Assembly: GCA_963792585.1 (NCBI GenBank)
Contig: CAWBWI010000003.1
Coordinates: 156,084-220,083, forward strand
Reading direction: 5' to 3'
Length of the DNA: 64,000 nt
Source: Candidatus Eiseniibacteriota bacterium
Lineage (GTDB): Bacteria; Eisenbacteria; RBG-16-71-46; CAIMUX01; VGJL01
The position numbers were made by a program, and so were the translations under genes. Positions 10,398 through 20,527 of this stretch are shown in pieces (the stretch's first letter is position 1; every line of letters starts with the position of its first letter). The notes below the pieces were generated by a model. That model searched no databases. It was not told the DNA's origin and saw nothing but the letters and a program-made list of their open reading frames with translations.

Positions 10398-10443
10398 GTT
10401 CCACGCGAACGGGCCTCTTGAGACCTGGCGAAGAGGGGTGTGA

Positions 10444-12009
10444 ATGCTCTGGAAGCGGGCGGGCCGTTTCGGCCCGAGGATCCTCGTCCCTGTGACCCTC
10501 CTGGTCCTGCTCTGCGGAGCCGAGGCCCGCTCCCAGGTGCGTCTTGTCGAAGCCGACACCTGCGGCGCCCCCATCCCCGCGTTGGCCCAGCTCCTCAACG
10601 AGCGGGACATCCCCATCGATCTGATCCGTGCCTATGCCGAGCCTTTCATGTCCAGCCAGGATCCGGACGGCGGCTATCAGCTCACGCCGAACGTCCAAAC
10701 TCACATGAAGGCCGTCATGGCGATGGCTCTGGCCTCACAGGTGACAGGGGACATCCGGTATGCCGAGTCGGCCCGCCGCGACCTGCTCTGGGTCGTTCGG
10801 AACCGGATGGAATCCAACGGCGGCATCAACTGGAATGGCCCTCAGAACCAGTATTTCTTCGAAGTCCACCAGCACTGGTTCCTCATCGCGAGCGAGATGG
10901 TGCGCGAGACCCTCGGCGAGCCCGATTCCCTGCGAACCCTCCAGCGCCGCGCGTGGCTATATCTTCTCCAGAACAATCCGGCCTCCGCGGACTTCTACTA
11001 TCACAATCTCACGAATCATGGGGTCTTCTTCGCCTATCGGAGTCTCGACCGGGACGGCCGATTTCAGACACAAGCCCCCTTCAAGGGCTCCTACGAAGTC
11101 GGAGCGGCGCTCTGGGCTCTGGCGCTCCACAGCGGACACTCCTGGCTCGACGTAGGACCCGGGAGCGCGCCCGGTCATACCGTCGCGGAGTACCTTGGCC
11201 GCCTTGTCACCCAGGCGCAGCTGTCTCCGTATCAAAAAGGCTTCTTCGACCAGGAGAAAGGAAGCTGGATCCGGTCACTTCGTTGGAACGGAATCGACTG
11301 GTCCGGTTGGGAAACACACGATACAAAGTATGCGCTGCACACCTCGGAGGGGGCACTCCTGTACACGATCCTGACCGGTCGAAGGGAACTCGTGGACAAG
11401 GAGCGCAGGGACGTGGAAGCGCTCCTGGCGCGGATCTATCCGACGGGCATGGTCCGCGGGATCCCCGACGGGTACGGCTCTGCGGCATATGAGTACGGAG
11501 AAGTTCTGTCGGTCCTCGGGCTCGGGGCGCAGGTCCCGTGGGGTCCCACGCATGGAATCGGCAACCGCTGCCTGGATGCAGGACGGTCGGTTTTCGCATA
11601 CGCGGTCAACAGTTTCGGCCCGATGGTCTCCGAGGACGCTGCAGTCCTCCTCCTCGGGATGTGCCGCGTCTTCCAGGCCGATCAACTCGCGCGGACGATC
11701 GTGAAACTCGACGATGCATCTTCCGATGTCGTATCGACACGGGCGACACTCTCCGTGTGGCCCAATCCGATGTCGGGCCGGACCACGATCACTTACTCGC
11801 TGCGGCCGGAAGCGACCGGTTCCCTGCGGATCATCGACGCGGGCGGCCGCGAAGTGACATCGATCGCGATCTCCGCCACGGATGCGGCGGGTCGATTCCT
11901 GTGGGACGGCCGCGACGCGCGCGGTCGAAGCCTGCCGTCGGGCCAATACCGGGCCCTGCTCGATGACGGACGCACGCGCTGGAGCGCGGGCATCTCGATC
12001 GTCCGTTAG
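10444..12009 (+). CDS. Secreted hypothetical protein (possible alpha/alpha-toroid glycosidase-like) with a T9SS-type C-terminal sorting domain
   Basis: Signal peptide MLWKRAGRFGPRILVPVTLLVLLCGAEARSQ. The C-terminal ~80 aa, LSVWPNPMSGRTTITYSL...WDGRDARGRSLPSGQYRALLDDGRTRWSAGISIVR, match the CTD pattern. Confidence 0.55.
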   Translation: MLWKRAGRFGPRILVPVTLLVLLCGAEARSQVRLVEADTCGAPIPALAQLLNERDIPIDLIRAYAEPFMSSQDPDGGYQLTPNVQTHMKAVMAMALASQVTGDIRYAESARRDLLWVVRNRMESNGGINWNGPQNQYFFEVHQHWFLIASEMVRETLGEPDSLRTLQRRAWLYLLQNNPASADFYYHNLTNHGVFFAYRSLDRDGRFQTQAPFKGSYEVGAALWALALHSGHSWLDVGPGSAPGHTVAEYLGRLVTQAQLSPYQKGFFDQEKGSWIRSLRWNGIDWSGWETHDTKYALHTSEGALLYTILTGRRELVDKERRDVEALLARIYPTGMVRGIPDGYGSAAYEYGEVLSVLGLGAQVPWGPTHGIGNRCLDAGRSVFAYAVNSFGPMVSEDAAVLLLGMCRVFQADQLARTIVKLDDASSDVVSTRATLSVWPNPMSGRTTITYSLRPEATGSLRIIDAGGREVTSIAISATDAAGRFLWDGRDARGRSLPSGQYRALLDDGRTRWSAGISIVR

Positions 12010-12016
12010 GAGCGGT

Positions 12017-14173
12017 CTACTTCGCGAAGTCCCACCGCGCGCCCATCCGCTCGACCTGGTCCAGCACACCGGTCATCTGCCCATCCGACGGCGCGGCCCG
12101 CGCGCAAACTCGGGCGGCGGCGCGGGCAGCGTCCCATTCCGTCCACGCCGAAGCCCGATCGCCAACCCGCAATCGGTCCTGCGCTCGATAGAGACGGAGC
12201 ACCGCAAGATTGTGGTAGATCAGCGTCTCGCGGGGAGAGACGCGGAGCGCCCTCTCCAGCTCGGCGAGGGCCTCGTCCCACCGGTGGGATGCGAGGTGAA
12301 GGCCGCTCAAGACCAGGCGGATCTCGACGTCGGTCGAGTCCCGCCGCCCTGCTTGCTCGTAGGCCGCGATTGCGGCTGTCGTGTCTCCGAGACCGGCGCG
12401 GACTTCGCCGAGCGTCTTCCACAGGTGGGATGTCCCCGCGCCAGCGGCGACCTGTTTCTCGAGGAGCTCCCTTGCGCGGAGGAGATCCTTCGCCGCGATC
12501 GCTTGCTGTACCGGGGCCTCCCAGCCGCTTTCGCCGCGGAGACGAAGGATCGCGTAGCGATCGCGCGACCAGACGACATCGGAGGATTCTCGAATCGCCG
12601 CCAGCCCCCGGACGATCGCCGCGCGGGCGTTCGCGCCGGAGACGAGCCGTTCGCGACCGGTCGCGACGAGATAACGAACCCCTCGCGCCACATGCTCGTC
12701 GGGCGGCGTCAGGCCCAGGAAATCAACGACCTGGATGCTGTAGCGAGTCGGGTCCGGGAACGGGCCTCCCTTCTCCGTCACAATCCGCTCGCCTTTGGGA
12801 ACATTCGCATCGAGCCACCGTGTCATCTCGATGCGCGGGTCGGGACGCGCGCGGCGCGCCTCCCGCGTCGTCAGACGCACCGTCCCCGGCGCGAGGACGA
12901 GGCCGGCGGCAAGGATGGCGGCGGCCCGGTGAGCCCTCGCGGGGATGCGCGGCAAGCGCGCGACCCAGCGAACCGACTCCTCCACGCCGAGCGCGGCCAG
13001 CGCGAGAACCGCCGGCCATGCGGGGAGGAGGTAGCGTGGATACAGCGTCTTCCACCTCAGGAGAGGCAATAGAAACACCAGGGCCCATACGGCGATCCAC
13101 ACGCGGCCGCGATGCACTGAACGAAGACTGACGATCGCGCCGATCAGCGCGGCGAGAATGCCGACGATCCCGAGATCATGCCAGAAGACGGAAGCGACCT
13201 TGCCGAGGGAGGACGCCTCCGGCAGATCCCCTTGCTCGATCGCGGGCGTGACGGAGGCGATGTGGCGGAACTCGTATCCCAGGTCGCGGACAAACCTGGA
13301 TGTATCGAGGAGCGCAAACGGCGTCGTGACAAGAAACGCGGCGACGGCCGCGGCGGTCGCGAGGCCAAGTCGGCCCAACCCAAGTCGCCCCGTGCTCCGC
13401 CAATCGCGGAGGGCGATCAGAGGAAGGAGCAGGGCAATGGAGCCCGCGCTGTACTTGACGCCCGCGGCCAAGCCCGCGAGCGCGCCCGCTACGATCCATC
13501 TCCGTGCGGAGGAAGCCTGCGCTCCCGCGGCAACCTCCGTCTTACCGCTCGCCTGCGTCGGGTTACTCTGCCGCCCTTGCGCCAGCGACACGCAGACGAG
13601 CAGCGCAGCGGTGGCGACCGCGGCCGCGGTCATGTCGGTCGTGATCAGGTGCGAGTTCTCGACCGCGAGCGGCGAGAGGGCCATGAAGAGAGCCGCCGTC
13701 CGCGCGGTAATCTTCGAAGCGCCCACGCGCGCGACGAGGAGGTAGACGAGTCCTACCGTCACCGTTCCCGCGAACGCGCTCACTCCGCGGCCGATCAGGT
13801 AGAGCGCGGGAACGCCGATCGTCGGGTAGAAATAGAGGACGCCCCCCCCTGCGGGCTGCGGATAGGTTCCCGAAGCGAGCCAGGAGATGGCCGCCGCCCA
13901 TCCAGCGAAATGCCCAATGACAACGCCGCCGGCGCAGACGATTCCATACAGGAGGGCGAGGAGCATGATCAGCCCACTGGGATAGTGAAAGAAGCGCGGA
14001 TTCATCGTCCCGTGCTGAAGCATCCAGACCGCGTTGTCGACGAGGGTCGGTTCGTCGTAGTGGAGGACGTAAGGCAGATCGCCCCGGATGTGCCAGAAGC
14101 GCACGAATGCCCCGACCGCCAGGATCAGCCAGAGGAACCGATCGCGGCTCATCCGCATTCCGGCAGGGACCAT
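12017..14173 (-). CDS. GT39/ArnT-like (PMT_2 family) membrane glycosyltransferase with a C-terminal TPR domain
   Basis: Multi-TM N-terminal half with ArnT/PMT-like signatures (HYDEP, many TM segments). The C-terminal ~200 aa are TPR-like repeats. A start ATG at 14173 is assumed; GTG at 14197 is also possible. Confidence 0.65.
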   Translation of the reverse strand: MVPAGMRMSRDRFLWLILAVGAFVRFWHIRGDLPYVLHYDEPTLVDNAVWMLQHGTMNPRFFHYPSGLIMLLALLYGIVCAGGVVIGHFAGWAAAISWLASGTYPQPAGGGVLYFYPTIGVPALYLIGRGVSAFAGTVTVGLVYLLVARVGASKITARTAALFMALSPLAVENSHLITTDMTAAAVATAALLVCVSLAQGRQSNPTQASGKTEVAAGAQASSARRWIVAGALAGLAAGVKYSAGSIALLLPLIALRDWRSTGRLGLGRLGLATAAAVAAFLVTTPFALLDTSRFVRDLGYEFRHIASVTPAIEQGDLPEASSLGKVASVFWHDLGIVGILAALIGAIVSLRSVHRGRVWIAVWALVFLLPLLRWKTLYPRYLLPAWPAVLALAALGVEESVRWVARLPRIPARAHRAAAILAAGLVLAPGTVRLTTREARRARPDPRIEMTRWLDANVPKGERIVTEKGGPFPDPTRYSIQVVDFLGLTPPDEHVARGVRYLVATGRERLVSGANARAAIVRGLAAIRESSDVVWSRDRYAILRLRGESGWEAPVQQAIAAKDLLRARELLEKQVAAGAGTSHLWKTLGEVRAGLGDTTAAIAAYEQAGRRDSTDVEIRLVLSGLHLASHRWDEALAELERALRVSPRETLIYHNLAVLRLYRAQDRLRVGDRASAWTEWDAARAAARVCARAAPSDGQMTGVLDQVERMGARWDFAK

Positions 14174-14323
14174 TCGGAGACTGGGGTCAGGTACCACGGT
14201 TCATGGACTCCGGTCGCAGTATAGCATCGCGCGTCTCGGACGCGGCCCCGCGCCGTCCACCCACGGGTCGCCACGTGGTACGCTTTCGGAGAAGCCCCCG
14301 GGGGCAGCGAAGAAAGGAGTCCC

Positions 14324-15268
14324 ATGAGCGCCGAGATCGACGTCCGCCTGGATCTCTTCGCCGAGATCGACCGCCTCCGCAGGGAGAAGCGGGCCGTGAT
14401 CCTCGCCCACTATTATCAGGACGGCGAGATCCAGGACATCGCTGACCATGTCGGCGACAGCCTCGCCCTCGCTCAGGCCGCCGCGAACACCGACGCAGAC
14501 GTGATCGTCTTCGCCGGCGTGATGTTCATGGCCGAGACGGCCAAGATCCTGAACCCCAGCCGGCTCGTTGTCGTCCCCGACACGGCCGCGGGCTGTTCCC
14601 TCGCCGACGGATGTCCCGCGAACCTCTTCCGGGCCTTTCTCGACCGCTACCCGGACCACACGGTCATCAGCTACATCAACTGCACCGCGGAGGTGAAGGC
14701 GATGTCCGACCTGATCTGCACCTCGTCGAATGCGGAGAAGATCGTCCGGTCGGTGCCCGAGGGACGCGGGATCGTCTTTGCCCCCGATCAGCATCTCGGT
14801 CGCTACATCATCCGAAGGACGGGGCGCCCCATGGTCCTGTGGCCCGGCTCGTGCGAAGTCCACGAGATCTTCTCGGAGAAGAAGATCGTTCAGCTGAAAC
14901 TTCGCCATCCCGGAGCGAAGATCGTCGCGCACCCGGAGTGCGAGGAATCGGTTCTCCAGCATGCCGACCACATCGGGTCGACATCGTCGATCCTGAAGTT
15001 CGTCCTCGAGGATCCGGGCAAGACCTTCATCATCGCGACCGAGCCCGGGATCATCCATCAGATGATCAAGCATTCCCCGGAGAAGGAGTTCATTCCCGCC
15101 CCGCCCGATTCGAACTGCGCCTGCAACGAGTGTCCATACATGAAGAAGAACACGATCGAGAAGCTCTACCTATGCCTGCGGGATGGCAAACCGGCCGTCA
15201 CCGTTGACGAGGAGATCCGTAAGCGCGCGCTCGTCCCGATCCAGAGGATGCTCGAACTTTCGAAGTAG
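14324..15268 (+). CDS. nadA: Quinolinate synthase A
   Basis: 314 aa with the VILAHYYQ motif and three conserved Cys regions ([17 protein letters not shown]..., PECEES). AGGAG SD upstream. Confidence 0.9.
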   Translation: MSAEIDVRLDLFAEIDRLRREKRAVILAHYYQDGEIQDIADHVGDSLALAQAAANTDADVIVFAGVMFMAETAKILNPSRLVVVPDTAAGCSLADGCPANLFRAFLDRYPDHTVISYINCTAEVKAMSDLICTSSNAEKIVRSVPEGRGIVFAPDQHLGRYIIRRTGRPMVLWPGSCEVHEIFSEKKIVQLKLRHPGAKIVAHPECEESVLQHADHIGSTSSILKFVLEDPGKTFIIATEPGIIHQMIKHSPEKEFIPAPPDSNCACNECPYMKKNTIEKLYLCLRDGKPAVTVDEEIRKRALVPIQRMLELSK

Positions 15269-15320
15269 ACTGTCCTGCTTCGATTCGACGTTCTCGGGAA
15301 CATGCGCCATCCGCGCCGGC

Positions 15321-16361
15321 TCAGTGCAGGCACAGGAAGTCCCGATTTTCGATTAATCCCGACGACTCGAGTTCCGCGCGAATCAACTCCCTCGCCCCTA
15401 CGACCCCCACGGCCACCAGGTAGAACGCATCACCGATGCCGCTCTTCGCGCCCTCGAAGGTGAGAACGGGGCGTCCCCTGCGCGTGCGATCGATCTTCAG
15501 CGGGTCGATGTCGACGAAGGCGACGACATCCCCGGCGGGCGCGCCACCGAGGCGGAGCTCTTCTTCCCATGCGCGCGCCAGACGCCGCCCGTCGCGCCCC
15601 GCGCCCCAGATCACAATCGATCTGCCGGCGGCATGCACTGAAATCCACACACGCAGGTGGTGAAGCCGGCACCGGAGAAATGCAGCGGCGCTGTAGCGCG
15701 CGTCCCTCCGGGAAAGACGTTCGGGATGATCGGTCCAAATGTACAAGCGGTCGGGTATGTTGTAGAGTCGTCCGCCGTCGAGGTGGATACGAAGCCACAG
15801 GTCATAATCTTCAGGCCAACCCATGTCGCGATAGCCGCCGACGTGATCGAGCGCCTCGGTTCGCATCACGACCGTCGGGTGAGCAAGAGGGCACTCGATC
15901 CAGATCTCCCGCGCGACGCGGTCGGGATCGGTGCAACCGGCCAGCCAGTCGAGGTAGCGCCGCATTCCGGCGGTCACCTCCCCGGGCGTCTCGGTCCGGC
16001 AGCCGATGACGGCGGCGTTTTGATCGGCGTCCATCGCCGCGACCTGCCGCTCGAGCCGATCCGGAAGGCTCCGGTCGTCGGCGTCCTGACGCGCGAGGAG
16101 CGGGGCCCGCGCCTCGCGCCGGGCCGCTTCCAGAGCGAGGACGATTCCGCCGGGGGCGGGGGCGGAGAGGACCCGCACCCGAGAATCCGCCGCGGCCCAA
16201 GCTTGGAGCAGTTCGCGTGAATGGTCGGTTGAATGATCGTCCACGGCCAGGCACTCCCAGGCGGACAGAGTTTGCGCCCGGATCGACTCCATGCAGGCTG
16301 GAAGGGTCCGTTCCGCGTCACGAACCGGAAGGAGGATCGAGATTCTGGGTGGGGGTGCCAC
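15321..16361 (-). CDS. Family 2 glycosyltransferase
   Basis: N-terminal ISILLPVRDAERTLPACMESIRAQT...AVDDHSTD...QDADD is a classic GT-A / GT2 DxD architecture. Confidence 0.75.
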   Translation of the reverse strand: MAPPPRISILLPVRDAERTLPACMESIRAQTLSAWECLAVDDHSTDHSRELLQAWAAADSRVRVLSAPAPGGIVLALEAARREARAPLLARQDADDRSLPDRLERQVAAMDADQNAAVIGCRTETPGEVTAGMRRYLDWLAGCTDPDRVAREIWIECPLAHPTVVMRTEALDHVGGYRDMGWPEDYDLWLRIHLDGGRLYNIPDRLYIWTDHPERLSRRDARYSAAAFLRCRLHHLRVWISVHAAGRSIVIWGAGRDGRRLARAWEEELRLGGAPAGDVVAFVDIDPLKIDRTRRGRPVLTFEGAKSGIGDAFYLVAVGVVGARELIRAELESSGLIENRDFLCLH

Positions 16362-16378
16362 AGGGGAGATCGTACGGG

Positions 16379-16771
16379 TCAGGGGCCGTGTCTACCAAGC
16401 CGGTCCCGACCCAGCAGGGTCGTGACCTGATCCAGCAGGTCCTTCTGGCGAAAGGGCTTGGCCAGAAAGGCGTCGGCACCATTGTCCCGAGCCTCCTGCT
16501 CTTCTACCCCGAGGCCCCGTGCGGTCAAGATCATGAAGGGAATGCTCGACTTTCGATCGGCCCGCACTCGTTTGAGCAGGTCGATCCCACTGATGCCCGG
16601 CATCATCAGGTCGGAAATGACGAGATCCGGCGGGTCATCGCGGGAAAGCTGTCGCCAGGCCTCCTCGCCGTCCTCGGCGCACTCCACTTGATGGCCTGCC
16701 TTCACCAGGATGTAGGTCAAAATGCGGCGCAGGAACGGCTCATCGTCCACGACCAGGATCCGAGACCCCAT
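16379..16771 (-). CDS. Stand-alone response-regulator receiver (CheY-like) domain protein
   Basis: 130 aa. ILVVDDEP...DLVISDLMMPGISGIDLLK...MILTA...AFLAKPF is a complete receiver domain with no output domain. It lies immediately upstream of the GT2 gene on the same strand. Confidence 0.85.
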   Translation of the reverse strand: MGSRILVVDDEPFLRRILTYILVKAGHQVECAEDGEEAWRQLSRDDPPDLVISDLMMPGISGIDLLKRVRADRKSSIPFMILTARGLGVEEQEARDNGADAFLAKPFRQKDLLDQVTTLLGRDRLGRHGP

Positions 16772-17078
16772 CCGCTCGCCCCCCCGACCTGACGGATTCG
16801 GACTGTCTACTCAAGATTCTGAAACGACCCGCAGCGATACTCGCCGAAGTCGCCTTCCGCTCGCCAGTAAGATCTTATGCCCCCGCCCACGGGTCTCGAT
16901 AAGCAAACCGCATCCTGAGTCGAGGTTAGGTCTTGTGCTGCAGGTCGCGTTTTCCCTACCCTTTGCGTGTATTTGCCCTTGGGGGCCCGCATGTGCGCAG
17001 CTGACCGGCTTGGGAGGGGGGACGACGGGAGGAGCCGGTAGGCGTCGGTCCCCGGCACCTGCCTGACGTCCCCGGGAG

Positions 17079-18836
17079 ATGGAGAGGTTCATGGAACCAG
17101 TCCGCGATTTCATCATCGGCCTCGGCGGCGAATCCGGGGAGGGGGTCGTCCTGGCGGGCGACATCCTCAACATCTGTGCGGCCCGGATGAACGTCCACAG
17201 CTCGAGCTTTCGAACCTTCCCGGCCGAGGCCCGCGGCGGCCCCTCCGTCGTCAAGATCCGGCTCGACAGGGACCACGTCTATAGCCTTGGCGACGAGTAT
17301 GACATTTTGATCGCGTTCAACGAGGACGCTTACAAGCTCCACAGGCCGGACCTCGCCCCCCATGGCGTGCTGCTCATCGACGGCGACCCGGCCGACCCGA
17401 TCTCGGAACGATTTCCGGAATTGAAGGGGCGGATCGTGTACCAGGTGCCGATGGACCGGATCGCCCGCAAGGAAATCGGAGATCCCAAGACCAAGAACAT
17501 GGTCACGACAGGCGCCGCCGCCGCGCTATTCGGCTTCTCGCGCGCGCTCATCGAAAGCAATCTGCGGGATCGCTTCCTGAAGCGGGGCGAAAAGATGTAC
17601 AACGACAACCTCGCGGGGTTCGTCGCCGGATACGACTATGTGACGACCCAGATCAAGAAGAGCGACCCCTATTGTATCGAGGCGGCCCCAGGGGACGGGT
17701 TCATGGTCCTCTCCGGAAACGAAGCGGTGGCGCTGGGCTCCCTCTACGCCGGATGCCGCTTCTTCGGCGGCTACCCGATCACCCCCGCCACGGAGGTCAT
17801 GGAGATCCTCGCCGCGGAGCTTCCAAAGGTGGGCGGGGCGATGGTCCAACTCGAGGATGAGATTGCCTCGATCGGCGCCGTCCTTGGGGCTTCCTTCGCC
17901 GGCGTGCCTTCGATGACCGCTACCTCGGGTCCCGGTCTTTCCCTGATGGCCGAGTTGATCGGGCTGGGCTCGATGGCCGAGCTTCCCTGCGTGATCGTCG
18001 ACGTCCAGCGCGGCGGACCGAGCACCGGTCTGCCGACGAAGACCGAGCAGGCCGATCTCTCCCTCGCCCTGGTCGCGTCCCATGGCGACGCGCCGCACGT
18101 CGTCCTGGCGCCGACAACCATTCGCGACTGCTTCGAGATCATGCCTTACTCCTTCGAGATCGCGGAGCGGTATCAACTTCCGGTGATCGTTCTCTCCGAG
18201 CAGGCGCTCGGATTCCGCCGGGCCGATCTTCCAAAGACGTTGTTGACGGACCGAAACGTCCGCAAGACCGTCCAACCGACAGCCCGGTTGGAGGAGGACG
18301 GCCGGTACCTGCGCTACAAGCTCACGCCCGACGGAGTCTCGCCTCGCGCGATCCCCGGCATGCCCGAACTCGCGCACGTGGTGACGGGGCTCGAGCACGG
18401 GGAAGATACGAAACCCGCCTACGATCCGACAACTCGGAACGCGCAGATGCAGAAGCGCCAGCGCAAGTTGGACGGCATCGTGCGCGACTACAAGAGCGTG
18501 TTGCGGTACGGCGACTCCGCGCCCGAGATCGGTGTGATCGGTTGGGGTTCGACCGCCGGCCCGATCCGCGAAGCTGTCGACTTGGCATGCAAGCAGGGCA
18601 TCAAGACGGCCGGGCTCATTCCACGCATGCTCTACCCGAGTCCGAACGACGATCTGCGCGACTTCGTGAGATCGTGCAAGAAGGTGATCGTCGTCGAGGG
18701 GAACATGACCGGGCAGTATGCGAGCTTCCTGCGTTCGCAGCTCCCCGGGTTCGACCCGATCCAGTACAACCGCTATGACGGACTGCCCGTTCGACGGCTC
18801 GAGGTCCTACAGAAGATCCAGGAGGTTGCGAGATGA
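17079..18836 (+). CDS. korA: 2-oxoacid:ferredoxin oxidoreductase, fused gamma-alpha subunit (KorA-like)
   Basis: 585 aa. The N-terminal ~190 aa are POR gamma-like, followed by the alpha catalytic domain (GYPITPATE, TSGPGLSLM). The stop overlaps the beta subunit start (ATGA). Confidence 0.8.
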   Translation: MERFMEPVRDFIIGLGGESGEGVVLAGDILNICAARMNVHSSSFRTFPAEARGGPSVVKIRLDRDHVYSLGDEYDILIAFNEDAYKLHRPDLAPHGVLLIDGDPADPISERFPELKGRIVYQVPMDRIARKEIGDPKTKNMVTTGAAAALFGFSRALIESNLRDRFLKRGEKMYNDNLAGFVAGYDYVTTQIKKSDPYCIEAAPGDGFMVLSGNEAVALGSLYAGCRFFGGYPITPATEVMEILAAELPKVGGAMVQLEDEIASIGAVLGASFAGVPSMTATSGPGLSLMAELIGLGSMAELPCVIVDVQRGGPSTGLPTKTEQADLSLALVASHGDAPHVVLAPTTIRDCFEIMPYSFEIAERYQLPVIVLSEQALGFRRADLPKTLLTDRNVRKTVQPTARLEEDGRYLRYKLTPDGVSPRAIPGMPELAHVVTGLEHGEDTKPAYDPTTRNAQMQKRQRKLDGIVRDYKSVLRYGDSAPEIGVIGWGSTAGPIREAVDLACKQGIKTAGLIPRMLYPSPNDDLRDFVRSCKKVIVVEGNMTGQYASFLRSQLPGFDPIQYNRYDGLPVRRLEVLQKIQEVAR

Positions 18837-19700
18837 ACCCGCCTGATGCCGCGGTGGTCCGCAAATCGGCAGACTACAAGAGCACCCGCAAACCGGTCTG
18901 GTGTCCGGGCTGCGGCGACTACGGAGTGCTGAACTCGATCTTCGGAGCGCTCGCACAGATCCAGCTCGTGCCGGAGAAGGTCGCCGTCGTCTCGGGCATC
19001 GGCTGTTCGAGCCGGATGCCCGGCTTCATCAAGGCCTACGGGTTCCACGGAGCTCACGGTCGCGCTCTCCCGGTCGCGGTGGGTGTGAAGGTCGCCAATC
19101 CTGATCTCGACGTACTGGTCGTCGGCGGCGACGGCGATGCCTTCTCGATCGGCGGCGGCCACATTGCGCACGTCGCCCGCCGGAACATCGACATGACCTA
19201 CATCGTGATGGACAACGAGATCTACGGCCTCACCAAGGGGCAGACGTCGCCCACCTCCAACAAAGGCACGCACACGAAGGCGAGTCCGTACGGGAGCGTC
19301 GAGCGGCCCGTCGATCCGATCAGCCTGCTGCTCGCCTATGGAGCGACCTACGTCGCGCGAGGATTCTCCTCCAAGCCGAAGGAGCTCACGGCGATGGTCG
19401 AGGCGGGAATGAGGCACCAGGGATTCTCGTTCATCCAGGTACTGAGTCCCTGTGTCACATTCAACAAGACGATCGGCTACGACTACTTCGATTCGCGGGT
19501 GGCACCCGCTGCCCGCCGATCACAAGACCGACGACCTGTTCGGCGCGATGCGCTACGCAGGCGAGCCGGATAAGTACTATCTGGGCGTCTTCTACGACGT
19601 CGAGCGCCCATCGTATACGCACCAATTGTTCGAAGGCGGCCGACGCCCCAGCCCGGAGCCGCCGATCGACAACGAGAGGATCCTGAAGAGGTTCTCGTAG
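18833..19700 (+). CDS. korB: 2-oxoacid:ferredoxin oxidoreductase beta (TPP-binding) subunit, with a frameshift near 19496-19503
   Basis: WCPGCGDYGVL and GIGCSSRMP are TPP-binding beta subunit motifs. After ...YDYFDSRV the frame must shift by one nt (G-run, cgggtggca) to continue HPLPADHKTDDLFGAMRYAGEPDKYYLGVFY..., which is ORF 19452..19700. Confidence 0.8.
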
Positions 19701-19789
19701 GCGATTCGCTCCGGGGGGCGCGGGCGGTCGATGCATTCGACCGCCCGCACTCCCGGTACGGAGTTCGCGCGGGATACAGAGGCTGCGAG

Positions 19790-20296
19790 ATGAACCTTGC
19801 CCGTCTCCTCAGGCCCGAGCTGATCAAGCTCGAGATGGAGACGACAACTCCGCCGCAAACGGAGCCACCCCTTTCGCCGGAACGTTACGTTTGGCAGATC
19901 AAGGAGGCGGTCCTCGGGGAACTCTCGCGCCTGGTGGCCGACGGAGGACGCGTCGGCAGCCAGGGAAAGCTCTTCACCGACCTCGTCAACAGGGAGAAGA
20001 AGGCCAGCACCGGCCTGGTCCGTGGGATCGCAATCCCGCACGTGCGAACGATACATGCCCGGGAGCTGCTCTTCGCTTTCGCCCGTTCGACGCCCGGCCT
20101 CGAGTTCGATTCGCTCGACGGAGAGCCGGCGCACCTCTTCTTCGTAATCGTCGCCCCGCCCTACGACGACCACCAGTACCTCAGGATCTACAAACAGATG
20201 GCGACGGCTTTCCATGCGACCGAAGTCCGCGAGGAATTCCTCCGGGCGACCGACGCAGGCGAAGTGATTCGCGCCATGCGCTTGATGGGCGACTAA
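19790..20296 (+). CDS. ptsN: PTS EIIA-type-2 domain protein (nitrogen-regulatory PtsN-like)
   Basis: 168 aa. GIAIPH with the phosphorylatable His is in the PTS_EIIA_2 context (..TGLVRGIAIPHVRT...HLFFVIVAP). Confidence 0.6.
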   Translation: MNLARLLRPELIKLEMETTTPPQTEPPLSPERYVWQIKEAVLGELSRLVADGGRVGSQGKLFTDLVNREKKASTGLVRGIAIPHVRTIHARELLFAFARSTPGLEFDSLDGEPAHLFFVIVAPPYDDHQYLRIYKQMATAFHATEVREEFLRATDAGEVIRAMRLMGD

Positions 20297-20527
20297 TCGG
20301 TTGTATCAGGCGGTCCGGCCCGGCGACTGCGTGGAGTTACGCCGATCGGGATGAAACTTGGTCCATTCTGGTGGCTTGCATCCCGTCCAGAGGACGGATC
20401 AGTTTGGTCGGCGTACCGATTCACGATTGTCCCCCGAGGGACTGCTTCTCGGCCCCGGTCCAAGCACCTACAAGGCAGGCATCGCGGCGCCGGTCGCTTC
20501 CCTCGGGGACAAGATTCTCAATGGAGA

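Noticed and set aside
10440-11492. 350-aa + ORF in an alternative frame
   Set aside because: Overlaps the 10444..12009 gene in another frame. Pro/Arg/Gly-rich junk.
12289-14224. Several + strand ORFs (280 aa, 348 aa) opposite the GT39-TPR gene
   Set aside because: Antisense shadow ORFs, extreme Arg/Gly/Asp composition, no domains.
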